A stretch of 64,000 bases of DNA from positions 36,553 through 100,552 of the IMG/VR virus record IMGVR_UViG_3300012036_000005, one strand, 5' to 3'. The notes under the pieces were generated by a model. It was given only the letters and a program-made list of their open reading frames with translations. It had not been told where the DNA came from and did no database searches. The DNA is from a virus. The position numbers were made by a program, and so were the translations under genes. Shown here in pieces: positions 40,083-50,398 of the stretch (position 1 is the stretch's first letter; the number at the start of each line of letters is the position of its first letter).

Positions 40083-40673
40083 ATGCGAATAATTTACATA
40101 CACGGCGCGACTGCATCAGAGAAAAGCTTTGCTTTCATACAACAGTCTATCAAAGCCAAGAAACATACCTTCCTTAATTACGATCATAACATGAGTGCTA
40201 TGACCAATCTAGATTCCTTAATAGAGGAACTAGAAAAAACGGAAGATGACTTATTCATAATCGCACATAGCATGGGCGGATTATATGCGATGCATTTGTT
40301 AGAACGTTTTAAAAAGCGTGTAAAGAAAGTGATATCTTTAGCTACACCTTTTAAAGGAAGTGATGTGCCTGCTGTGATGAAGATGTTGTACCCATCTTAT
40401 GAATTGTTTGATCATATAACTCCATATAGCGAATTCGTCAAACAAACGTACGATATAAAAGTGAAACGTGGATTATGGATACAAGTGGTCACAACAGTTG
40501 GAGATGCTCCTTGGATCAAAGGTGAGAATGACGGTATAGTGACTCGTGCGTCAATGACAGCAAGAGATGATATGAAGAAGGTTGAAATCGATCGTAACCA
40601 TTACGAAATAGTGCAAAGCCAAAGAGTTGTGGATCTTATCAAAAAAGAACTAGACAAGTTTAAACTACTATAG
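40083..40673 (+). CDS. Alpha/beta hydrolase
   Basis: IHGA oxyanion, AHSMGG nucleophile elbow, NDGIV, NHYE. Confidence 0.9.
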   Translation: MRIIYIHGATASEKSFAFIQQSIKAKKHTFLNYDHNMSAMTNLDSLIEELEKTEDDLFIIAHSMGGLYAMHLLERFKKRVKKVISLATPFKGSDVPAVMKMLYPSYELFDHITPYSEFVKQTYDIKVKRGLWIQVVTTVGDAPWIKGENDGIVTRASMTARDDMKKVEIDRNHYEIVQSQRVVDLIKKELDKFKLL

Positions 40674-40944
40674 TATAGTTAAATCTTATCCTACGGAAGG
40701 TAACCATGGACCAGAATGTAATTAAAATTCTTGAACAAAGAATTAACGAACTTAAGAAAGTAGCCACTCCTGATAATATAGAACAAGGTATGTCTGGATC
40801 ATTTCTATGGTTCCAGATGTATCTAGAAACAGCTAAATGTATGTCAGAAGAAGAGTTTTATGACGAAGTCTACGATGATTGGCTTCGAGAAAAACACGAT
40901 AAACTTTTAGAGTATGTTCATCGAACAGAATAACCCAATTTTGT

Positions 40945-41014
40945 CGTTGACAAAATGTATAGGAAGTGTTATAAATATACTTGCAACGTTGAAGCAAACT
41001 CAACGTTAGACAGG
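40945..41014 (+). repeat. 70-bp direct repeat of the tmRNA promoter/5' segment (second copy 41416-41485)
   Basis: Identical except for one T/C position. Confidence 0.95.
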
Positions 41015-41060
41015 GCACCGGGAGTTCGAATCTTGGTCTTTATATTAAGATAGAGAATAA

Positions 41061-41201
41061 ATTACATGGAAAGTTGGCCTAAAAGCAGCCATCTTATAAT
41101 GAGTAGACTGTTGTTGAGGTTTTAACCAAAAAACAGAACCGGCATTTTGAAACGACGATATGCCGGTAGGGGTCTTTTAGCGTATCAGCACACCGTGTAA
41201 T
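41061..41201 (+). ncRNA. Small RNA resembling the 23S rRNA L11-binding domain (H43-H44) with an inserted subdomain
   Basis: GTTGGCCTAAAAGCAGCCATC...AGCGTATCAGCACAC enclosed by 9-bp ATTACATGG/CCGTGTAAT stem. Confidence 0.75.
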
Positions 41202-41451
41202 ATCTAGGAGTTTATAAAAAATGAATTATTATAGATACTATTGTAAGAAGACTTTAGAAAAAACTGGTGATATTGACCTTAGTTTTAAAAATGGAATAAA
41301 ACTATGTAAACATAAAGAAAGAATGGCAATATTATACAGACTATTTGGTGCGCTCTTATCTTTATCTATAGTTGGAGCAATAATATTAATAACAATAGAA
41401 ATACTCGTTAATAACCGTTGACAAAATGTATAGGAAGTGTTATAAATATAC

Positions 41452-41784
41452 TTGCAACGTTGAAGCAAACTCAACGCTAGACAGGACTCCGGGGCAGTGC
41501 CGGACAGGTCCACCATAAGCACAACGGTCGCATTTAGAGTAATTGTCCGGTTGCGATAAGTTGGGATCACATACCGTTGTGCTTATGACGGGCCTGAAAC
41601 AGGATCGACTGTTAGTCATTAGGTGAGTGGAGTTGTCCGGATCTAAGCTCGGTTAACGCGAAGAACAACTGTAAATGCAGCATCTAATGCAGCAAATGAT
41701 AATTTCGTAATGGACCAAAGCCTAGCGGCTTAATCCTTATGATTTAATCGGGGCTCGGAGGCGCCTGGCAACAGAAGCCTCCAC
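41452..41784 (+). ncRNA. ssrA: Circularly permuted (two-piece) tmRNA, alphaproteobacterial type
   Basis: Acceptor piece ending CAGGTCCACCA (41515), paired intervening segment, coding piece from GGGCCTGAAACAGGATCGAC (41590); tag frame ...ANDNFVMDQSLAA* (41677-41733). Confidence 0.92.
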
Positions 41785-42825
41785 TTATTTCCAAATTTCT
41801 TGTATTGGTACAAACTTCGTACCAGGATACAATTCTTCAATGTTATTCCATGTGTAATTATCTACATCGGCTTTATCCCAAAGGGTTCCGTGTATTTTAC
41901 TTTCCTTACCAATTGAAACATGAGTAAAATCTTTTAAGAGAATTTTAACAAAAGCAGGTTGAAGGTTTTTAATACTTGCAAGATAGAATAATAAATCTTC
42001 ATTATCTTCTTTTACTAAATGATCATACAAATTTTTCTGTAATTGAGCCGAAACATTAACCGATGCTACTTTAACATTTTCTAATTTCTTAATTAATTCA
42101 TTAATTGCTTTATCGGGTGTGAGTTTGTTTGAGATTCCGCGTTTCTGTTTAGTGATGCTGAGTTTCTCTACTACTTTAAAAGAGGCGCTGCTAAAGAAAA
42201 CTGCTTGGGTTGGTTCACTTTCGTGTATAATTCCACCACCGTTATCTACAGCATAAGTATAACCAAGAACTTGAGATAGTATCTTATTCCAAAGCACTGT
42301 TGATTTTCTTGTTCCGTTGTTTAGTGTAATTTTATTACCAGCTAAGATCATGGAAAGTGATCTAGTTACGTTCCACAAACGGGCACCATATGAATCTAAT
42401 TTAGATTCTTCTATTGCTTGTTTCGTTACTATATTGAATAAGTGTTCGCTTATTTTACCAACTATCTTATCATGTAATTTTTTCATGTCAGAATTAAATT
42501 GTGTTTTGGTATATCTATTAAGATCTAATTTAGAATTTTGATCTTTTGCTTCTATTATCCAAGCAAATGGTTGATTGCCTTGATATGGTAATCCTCCAAA
42601 TCCATCTTCGCTTACAATATCATAAGCATATCCAGTTTGATATGTATATACTCCAATCGGGGTATTATATTTGTTTGCTGGATTAAGTCCAATCTTATCA
42701 ATAGCAGTCATACTCATGTAATGATTATTAGAAAACTGATATTGTGCCAAATCTTCAATAGGGCTTGATCTTCTATTCTGTTCTGGATTGCGTCGAAGCT
42801 CACTTATAAGTTCTTGGTATCTCAT
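41785..42825 (-). CDS. Hypothetical protein (paralogue of 45362-46354), possible ADP-ribosyltransferase-like fold
   Basis: Shared KIGLNP...TP.G.YTY, LWNV.R, LGY...D..GIIH..E.TQAVFFS; MRYxE N-terminus. Confidence 0.6.
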   Translation of the reverse strand: MRYQELISELRRNPEQNRRSSPIEDLAQYQFSNNHYMSMTAIDKIGLNPANKYNTPIGVYTYQTGYAYDIVSEDGFGGLPYQGNQPFAWIIEAKDQNSKLDLNRYTKTQFNSDMKKLHDKIVGKISEHLFNIVTKQAIEESKLDSYGARLWNVTRSLSMILAGNKITLNNGTRKSTVLWNKILSQVLGYTYAVDNGGGIIHESEPTQAVFFSSASFKVVEKLSITKQKRGISNKLTPDKAINELIKKLENVKVASVNVSAQLQKNLYDHLVKEDNEDLLFYLASIKNLQPAFVKILLKDFTHVSIGKESKIHGTLWDKADVDNYTWNNIEELYPGTKFVPIQEIWK

Positions 42826-43355
42826 ACACTTATTTATTGACTTTTCATCTTAGTATGTTATTATTAATGTAGTTTAAAAATCGTACAATTTTGTACAAAT
42901 AACTTAATGAGGTTTTCAAAAATGGAAAAAGAAACTGTTACTATTGATAAAGAAAGATATGAAGAACTTCTTGACAAAGAAAATTTGTTAGATGCTCTTG
43001 ACGCTGCCGGAGTTGATAACTGGGATGGTTACGATTTTGCCATGGAACAGTATCAAGAAGATAGCGCATAAGAGTCTTTTTATAATCCTATTCTAATTTA
43101 ACCCCAACATGTAAGGAAGATAAAATGAAAAGAGAAGAATTTAAGTTTGTGGATGGAAATTTTCGAATGGCACGAATTCTCAAGAAGCTTGATGAGAAGG
43201 GCAGAATTCGAGTATCATATACCTATCGTAACAATAATCATCGAGGATTTGTTAACTTAAATGGTATTGTTAAGTGTGCTAAAAAAGAAAGTGGATATCC
43301 TGATCCTTTTGATTGGCAGGATGCACTTCAGCGTTCAGAAGGTTAAATTGTTTTT

Positions 43356-43443
43356 GGAAGGGTGGCAGAGCGAACGATTGCAACGGTCTTGAAAACCGTC
43401 GAACCGCAAGGTTCCGTGGGTTTGAATCCCACCCCTTCCGCCA
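43356..43443 (+). tRNA. tRNA-Ser(TGA)
   Basis: Cloverleaf, variable arm, CCA. Confidence 0.95.
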
Positions 43444-44435
43444 AGATTAGTTAGATTGCTCCACTCAACGGTGCGCGTCTAGCAGAGGATAAAGAGGTCT
43501 CTTCGGACACCTCTCCTCATTCTTTCATAATAAGGAAATGTATAATGGTTGAATTTGGTACTTGGAAGTTCTTTCCAGGTATGTTAGAAATTTATAATTT
43601 CGAAGAACTAAAATCTCATCCCGATGATTTTAGTATGTCTATTGAAGAATAAAAGGATTTTGTTATGCTGAAAAAAGGTTACAATATCATTGTTCATTCT
43701 TGGGAAAACGATGCAGACTATAGAAATAAAGAAATAATTAATGTTGGTGAGAATAAAAATCATATTGATTTTTATCAACAAGTTTTAGAGATCTTTAAAA
43801 GCAAAAATAATTCAAAAACAGAAATCAATCTTGGAAATACATTCGATGATGAGATAGAAGAGTACATTGTACCGGCTATTAGTTATATCAAAGAAGTAGC
43901 AGAAAAGACCGGATTTAATTTAAGCTCTCTTAATTTTAATGAAGAAGACCATAAAGATAACCTTATGGAATATTATGAAGATTGGCTAAAAGACTTTGCA
44001 AGTAATCTTCTTGATACTTCTGAACATTATTCTTTTAGAGTATTTGATAGTATAGAAGTTTTCTATAGTATAGAAATTTTCTATGTAAAAGAAGAAGCGG
44101 AAAAGATACTATGAACTTTCAAGAACATAGAAAATTTATTGACGAACTTGAAAATGCTTTCGTTGCTAAAGATTTAGATAAAATAAATGATTTATATGAA
44201 TCAAGTGGTCAGTGGTTTTCTAATAATCTTGAAGAGATGATAATATCTCTTTCTTATGATGTATTAAAAGAAGCAAATCCAACTGAATTAACAGGAATTG
44301 AAAAAGGTGACATAAACATTCCTTATTTGTGGGATTGTGAAAACAAAGATAATATTTTAGGTACTTGTGTTTACAAATTTGACTCAGAAGCTTGTCTTTT
44401 CTGTCATGATCCACAAGAAAGAAAATAAGAATTAT

Positions 44436-44509
44436 TACCCGGTCGTCTAGTGGCAGGACAATAGACTCTGACTCTATTAACGGTGGTTCGAATCCATCTC
44501 GGGTAGCCA
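44436..44509 (+). tRNA. tRNA-Gln(CTG)
   Basis: Cloverleaf, CCA. Confidence 0.92.
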
Positions 44510-44526
44510 ACAAAAGAAAGAGTAAT

Positions 44527-45042
44527 ATGGACAACGATAGACAAATAGCAGAAATCATAGTCGGTTTGATGGAATATGGTAATCCTGAAAACGAGCTGAC
44601 TGTTGGCGATGCGCTCAACGTACTCAACAAAGCAGTTGGCGACGAAGCCACAGCAAGGGCATATGAGATCTCAAAAACGATCTTGTCTAATCAAAAATAT
44701 AAACAGATAATAGTATTGCGAAAAGATTTGAACATGCGCAAAGGCAAGATGGTTGCCCAAGGTGCACACGCTTCAATGAAAGCAACTCTATTGCATTTAG
44801 AAGATCCACGAGTTGCAAAATGGCTCGATGGTCCTTTTGCTAAGATCGCTGTGTCAGTAGATTCCGAGCAAGAATTGTTAGAGCTTGCTAAAGAAGCAAA
44901 AGAAGCAGGACTTATATGCGAAGAGATAGTTGATTCAGGAAAGACTGAATTTGGCGGTGTGCCAACACGTACCGCATTAGGAATTGGTCCAGATATTTCG
45001 GCAAAATTAGATCCAATAACTGGGCACCTTAAACTTCTATAA
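44527..45042 (+). CDS. Peptidyl-tRNA hydrolase type 2 with N-terminal extension
   Basis: KQIIVLRKDLNMRKGKMVAQGAHA, DSGKTEF, TALGIGP, ITGHLKLL. Confidence 0.93.
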   Translation: MDNDRQIAEIIVGLMEYGNPENELTVGDALNVLNKAVGDEATARAYEISKTILSNQKYKQIIVLRKDLNMRKGKMVAQGAHASMKATLLHLEDPRVAKWLDGPFAKIAVSVDSEQELLELAKEAKEAGLICEEIVDSGKTEFGGVPTRTALGIGPDISAKLDPITGHLKLL

Positions 45043-45047
45043 AGGTC

Positions 45048-45135
45048 GGAAGGATGGCTGAGCGGCCGAAAGCACTGTCTTGGAAAGGCAGCGAACTGAA
45101 AAGTTCCGAGGGTTCGAATCCCTCTCCTTCCGCCA
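45048..45135 (+). tRNA. tRNA-Ser(GGA)
   Basis: Cloverleaf, variable arm, CCA. Confidence 0.95.
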
Positions 45136-45361
45136 TATATTCTGTAAAAGATGGACAGACATGGTTCTTCTATACTAAATCTGGAACAGGAATAGGACAA
45201 GTTTTTATAGTATTAAAAGATATTGGAAGATGAATTTCTATCCGTTAAAGATATACCAGCGTGTTGAGAGTTCCGAAGACGGCGTAGATTTGTTCTATAA
45301 ACTTTACAATGAAAATACACGCCGTGTTGAAATCTTTGAAATTAAGATGATACTGATGAGA

Positions 45362-46354
45362 TCAAGATGATTTAGGAATAGGTCTAATTTCTATAACGTC
45401 TTCACCAAATTCTTTTTTAAAATCTTCATATTCTTTGTTAGTCATTAATTGACCATAGTAAGCTGGTGAAAGTCCAGGTTCTGTAACTACAAGATCATAT
45501 TTGTTAAGCTCTTTTTGTAATCTTGGAATAAGTGGTAGTTTCAATCTTGTGATTAATTTAGGATCTTTTGCGAATATTGTTTCCTGTTGTTCAGGATTTA
45601 CACCAACCGAAAACAAAGGTCTACTCTCTAATTTTCTTATTGTGTTGTTCCTTGGATGTTGATAATCATTTATAATTTTTTCAATTACTTTAAATGATTT
45701 TATGGAAAAGAATACAGCTTGGGTTTCTTCATTTATATGTATAATTCCAAATGTGTCTGTTACATATCCGTATCCAAGAATATCACGAAATATCTTATTC
45801 CATATTACTGTAGATTTTTTATTAGTCTTAATCTTTTCTTCTATATTAGAAGTAATTGCATTATTGTCAGCAATTATAGAAGAAAAGATTCGAACAACAT
45901 TCCATAATTTTCCTGCTGGGATATCTGAAAACTTTGCATTTTCTTCTGCCTCTTCTATTGTATCCTCAACAGTCATCTTCATTGAATCTTCGTATCTGCT
46001 AAAATGCGAAATAAGAATGCCCTTATCTTTTATATATTCTGCTTCTGTATAAGAAGATGTATCAATACCTTTTCCGACAGGAGTTAATACCCAAATAAAT
46101 TTTCGAGATCCTGCAAAAGGAAGTTCTTCTATTCCACCAAGAACGTCTATTGCCTCTACAACTTCTGTAATTGGGTAGGTATAAATTCCATAAGGAGTTT
46201 CAAAGTTGTTGTAAGGATTAATACCCAGTTTGTTAATTCTAGTAAAACTGAGAAAATAGTTTCCGTTTTCGTATTTTTCAAGTTCAGAACGAACAGTTTT
46301 ACGTTGGTTTATTTCCGGATTGCTTCGAAGCTCAAGAATTTCTTTGTATCTCAT
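45362..46354 (-). CDS. Hypothetical protein (paralogue of 41785-42825)
   Basis: Collinear motif sharing; MRYKEILE N-terminus; TAAATA upstream. Confidence 0.6.
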   Translation of the reverse strand: MRYKEILELRSNPEINQRKTVRSELEKYENGNYFLSFTRINKLGINPYNNFETPYGIYTYPITEVVEAIDVLGGIEELPFAGSRKFIWVLTPVGKGIDTSSYTEAEYIKDKGILISHFSRYEDSMKMTVEDTIEEAEENAKFSDIPAGKLWNVVRIFSSIIADNNAITSNIEEKIKTNKKSTVIWNKIFRDILGYGYVTDTFGIIHINEETQAVFFSIKSFKVIEKIINDYQHPRNNTIRKLESRPLFSVGVNPEQQETIFAKDPKLITRLKLPLIPRLQKELNKYDLVVTEPGLSPAYYGQLMTNKEYEDFKKEFGEDVIEIRPIPKSS

Positions 46355-46841
46355 AATGTATTTATACTATGTATTATAAATAATTATAAATGCAAGAAGA
46401 AAAAATAGCACGGATTTGCCGTGAACAGGAGTTTTATACTAAGTGTGGAGAACTCCTTCATATAGAACACGAATACCATATTCCATATGCTCGAAAGACT
46501 AGATGGAATGCAAGAATATTAGGTAACGGTCGGTATCCGAGTTTTGGTGTAATACGTTATCTCAACGATGATCACATAATGGTTATGTCCCGCAAAGGAA
46601 CAAGATTATTTGAGACTGTCGAAGAAGTTTACAACTTTATAAAAGACATAGGAGTATCTAATGGCAAAAAAATTGAAGAATTGTATCAACTATTAGTCAA
46701 CGAACGTGAAAAGCGAATGATTGATGCAGACAATGCAAATCCAGATGTGGGAATGGGACCATTCCCAGGTTATTTTAGAGATATCGCAATAAGAACTTTA
46801 CAAGAGGAAAATATAATTCCTCTCGATTATAAAGAATAAAT

Positions 46842-46917
<76 letters not shown>

Positions 46918-46941
46918 AGTTATAGATAATATAAATACTGT

Positions 46942-47517
46942 ATGAGATTTATTGAATTGTTAGAAGGTAAAATAAGAGCTACGGTTTATCATGGATCGAA
47001 TGCAAAGTTTGATCAATTTGATGCAGGCAAATCTCGTATCCCAAATGATTTTTACGGTGGCGGAATTGCCTACTTTACAGACAATCTTGAAGTAGGGAAA
47101 AAGTATGCAATTGGTATGTCAAAAAAGAAAGGTTCTCCATTTGTCTATGAAGTTTCTCTTTCTTTAAAGAAAATGTTTGACATTGACGAAAAATTTACCG
47201 GTAAAAAATTAGCAGAGATATTACCAAATGATATAGAAAACTTTGCAAGAGGAGCAGGGCTTCTATCTTACGGTAGTGACAAATATTCTGTGTTAGCAGG
47301 ATTGAAAAATCAATCAATTGAATTAACTGGTGACCAAGTCTGGAAAGGGTTGTCAAAAGGACAGGTTAACACAGCAGATGCTAGAGAATGGATCAAAGAA
47401 AAAGGCTACGACGGACTAAGATATAATGGTGGTGTAAACATGGGAATGGATCGACACAATGTATATCTTGCTTACTATCCAGAATCAATACAAATTAAAA
47501 AAGTAGTCAAATTATAA
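46942..47517 (+). CDS. ADP-ribosyltransferase-like (ART-PolyVal-type) protein
   Basis: VYHGS...F..FD, G.AYFTD....AY-like motif, VYEV.L, GYDGL. Confidence 0.7.
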   Translation: MRFIELLEGKIRATVYHGSNAKFDQFDAGKSRIPNDFYGGGIAYFTDNLEVGKKYAIGMSKKKGSPFVYEVSLSLKKMFDIDEKFTGKKLAEILPNDIENFARGAGLLSYGSDKYSVLAGLKNQSIELTGDQVWKGLSKGQVNTADAREWIKEKGYDGLRYNGGVNMGMDRHNVYLAYYPESIQIKKVVKL

Positions 47518-47593
47518 GTCCTCGTAGGCTAACTGGATAAACCACTGGCCTCCTAAGTCGGATTTGGAGGTTCGAGTCCTCCCGGGGACACCA
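47518..47593 (+). tRNA. tRNA-Arg(CCT)
   Basis: Cloverleaf, CCA. Confidence 0.9.
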
Positions 47594-47756
47594 AATGATC
47601 GATAACAGAGTTGAACACTGTTATCCGCCAACTACTAAGACTTTCCGTTAGTATTTGGATATAGGTTGCAACTGCCTGAAAGATTGCTTGGGAAGCGTGT
47701 TGTTCTGAATCTGTTGGTACGAAAAACCATCGCTGGAATAGTAACCAGCACAATTT

Positions 47757-47831
47757 GCTCCTATAGTTCAATGACTAGAATACCTGTTTCGTACTCAGGG
47801 GATGCGGGTTTGATTCCTGTTGGGAGCTCCA
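47757..47831 (+). tRNA. tRNA-Thr(CGT)
   Basis: Cloverleaf with one anticodon-stem mismatch, CCA. Confidence 0.85.
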
Positions 47832-48309
47832 TTTATTATCTTGACATAATTAGCAGAGATGCTATTATTAATAATAATTAAATACAAGTGGAGAAACTGT
47901 AACATGATCGTTTTTAAATTTAAGAAAGTAGCAAATGGAGAATTTGCTTGCTTTACAAAAAAAGTCTCCGTTTATCTTTGTAGTGTCTGACTCTAAATAT
48001 AAAGCATTGGCCAAAGCTAAAGAAGCTTTAGCTTTTTATAAGACTGCAACAAAAGCATAAGGAGATAAAAATGAGCTGTCAAAAGTGCTACAATGATCGA
48101 ATCTTTGAGGTTGCCGGCAAAAGTAGTGACCTAAATAATTTTTCTTTTAAGGGAAAAGAGGATGACGGTTACTTGCCAACCGTAAAAGGAATTTGCGGTG
48201 GTGATTATTTTGATATGAAAATTTGTCTGGAATGCGGGCAAGTTCAAGGTTCTTTTCCGTTGCCTGATCCTAAAATTGGAGACGATGAAGACTACGAATA
48301 ACATTAATA

Positions 48310-48386
48310 CGGGGTTTAGCTTAGTCTGATAAAGCGCCTGGTTTGGGACCAGGAGATCGTAGGTTTGAATCCTACAACCCCGACCA
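48310..48386 (+). tRNA. tRNA-Pro(TGG), second copy
   Basis: CCTGG-TT-TGG-GA-CCAGG arm, CCA. Confidence 0.92.
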
Positions 48387-48407
48387 ATTTTACTAAAGGA
48401 TATTAAA

Positions 48408-49067
48408 TTGACCAACCGACTTATATTCGTGAGACACGGGCAATCTACAGGAAATGAAAATCACGACATGTATAAATATCCTGATTCTGCTGTTGCGTTA
48501 ACTACGCTTGGTATCAAACAGGCAATCAATGCAGGTGAACAATTAAAGGGGTTAATGCAATCAGGTTATTTTAACTGGAGATGGCATGAGGTACATGCTT
48601 TTTCAAGTTCTTATACAAGGGCAAAACAGACAGCTCGAGTTGTGCTTGACATAATGAATCTAAGACATGTCCAACCAATTGAATCTCCGGGTATTAATGA
48701 AAGAAGGCATGGAGACAAATCAGGATTACTTCCTGAAAATGAACATTTAGTAAAGAAAGATGCTTATTGGAGGCCTGGGGCAGGCGGCGAGACAATGGTT
48801 GAATGTAGATCACGGTTTGGTGCTTGGTATAGAAATCATGCAGAATTCCTACTAACAGATTCAGACGTTATTCTTTTCATGCACGGTGAACTAATGATGG
48901 CAGGGCAATCATATATACTTGGAACTTCTGAAGATGAGATAATGAAGATGCCGTCTAGAAATGCTGTTCCGGTAATTTATGAACGTGATGTTTCTACTGG
49001 TGTCTATACACAATCGGATTATAAGTTTGAACAATTTGATCCGACTACCGAAGACAGGATAAGATAA
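48408..49067 (+). CDS. Histidine phosphatase (phosphoglycerate mutase family)
   Basis: FVRHGQS, SS.Y.RA.QT, INER, GET, FMHG. Confidence 0.9.
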   Translation: MTNRLIFVRHGQSTGNENHDMYKYPDSAVALTTLGIKQAINAGEQLKGLMQSGYFNWRWHEVHAFSSSYTRAKQTARVVLDIMNLRHVQPIESPGINERRHGDKSGLLPENEHLVKKDAYWRPGAGGETMVECRSRFGAWYRNHAEFLLTDSDVILFMHGELMMAGQSYILGTSEDEIMKMPSRNAVPVIYERDVSTGVYTQSDYKFEQFDPTTEDRIR

Positions 49068-49173
49068 AAGAATACCTTGTAACACACAACAGAAGGGATT
49101 TATAAAATGAAGAAGCTTGTAACCATTCTTGCCGCAGTAGCAATAGCCGGAACACTAACGGCTAAGTAATAAC

Positions 49174-49247
49174 GCGGGTGTAGCTCAATGATAGAGCCAC
49201 TGCCTTCCAAGCAGAAGACGAGGGTTTGATTCCCTTCACCCGCTCCA
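49174..49247 (+). tRNA. tRNA-Gly(TCC)
   Basis: Cloverleaf, CCA. Confidence 0.93.
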
Positions 49248-49699
49248 TAAAGAGGGCCGCCCGATGAAAACAGAAGACATGTATTCTATTTTGACCGAGT
49301 ATGTTCTTACTAAGAACATACTCGATTATATTTGGGATAAGATTGAAATTTACAATTCGGAGGGTAATACTGTTAATGAAGTTACGTGGAGAGATAAAAA
49401 TCACTTTTTAGAGTCTTCAATAAAAAGATTGAAGAATAAGCGTCCTTATTCGAGAGAATCTCGAACAAAACTACCCGATGGTTCGATTCTTCGAACATTT
49501 AGAACAACTAGTCTTTATGCGATTAGAGATTGGGAGTTTAACATTGTTGAAAAAGATAATGCAATCATTTCGATAACACACAACGAACCAAAATATATAG
49601 AAGCTGTTTCTAAGAGAGCAGAATTTTGCTCAAAACACAAAGAACAAGTATCTTTCACTAGAACTGGTGTAAAGGTAACTTATATTTAAGGAGAGAAAA

Positions 49700-50398
49700 A
49701 TGCGTAAACTAATTGAAATTCGATCTGCAGAAGGCGGATCAGACAGTCAGCTTTTTGTAAGTGATTTGGCTGCTGCATATCAAAAGATGGCTCTCCGAGA
49801 AGGTTGAACTTATCGAGTCGTAGAGGAACGTCCTAACGGCTCGGGACATTTTATGATTGCTATTGAAATAGATGGCAAGAATATCCAAAAATTAAATCAA
49901 GAAGCCGGTGGACATCGAATACAACGAGTTCCACCAACTGAAAAACGAGGACGTGTCCATACCTCAACTGTTACAGTAGCTGTCTTGTCTAAAGAAGAAA
50001 ATGTTGATCCAAAATATGAAATGCTAGAAGACCACCATTTCTATGTAGAATGGTTTAGCGGATCAGGTGCTGGAGGCCAACATCGAAACAAACATCAAAA
50101 TAGCTGCCGATATTATCATATTCCTACAGGATTGGTAGAAACAAGGCAGGGACGCAGCAGAGATACTAACTTACGCAATGCAAAAACCGCGCTTGTAGCG
50201 CGGCTACAAGAGGCTACAAGCGGGTTGCAAGCGCAAGCGCAAGCAACAACACGCAAAGCACAAGTAGGATCCGGAATGCGTGGAGATAAAAAACGAACGT
50301 ATCGTTTTCAAGATGATCAAGTAATTGATCACGAAACCGGAAAGACTGCTAGTACGAAAAAAGTAATGCGAGGCAGCTTTCGAGAACTTTGGAAGTAA
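49700..50398 (+). CDS. Class I peptide chain release factor (RF1-like, lacks domain 1) with in-frame TGA at 49805-49807
   Basis: AGGAG RBS; IEIRSAEGG..S.LF..DL..AY...G*; EAGGHRIQRVPPTE..GRVHTS; GAGGQH; RTY. Confidence 0.88.

Noticed and set aside
41061-41201. True 23S rRNA gene or host contamination
   Set aside because: Similarity is confined to about 55 nt of H43/H44, interrupted by an insert and flanked by phage sequence.
43452-43520. Hairpins downstream of tRNA-Ser(TGA) as a theta/HDV-like ribozyme
   Set aside because: Could not build the nested double-pseudoknot; may be a terminator or processing stem.
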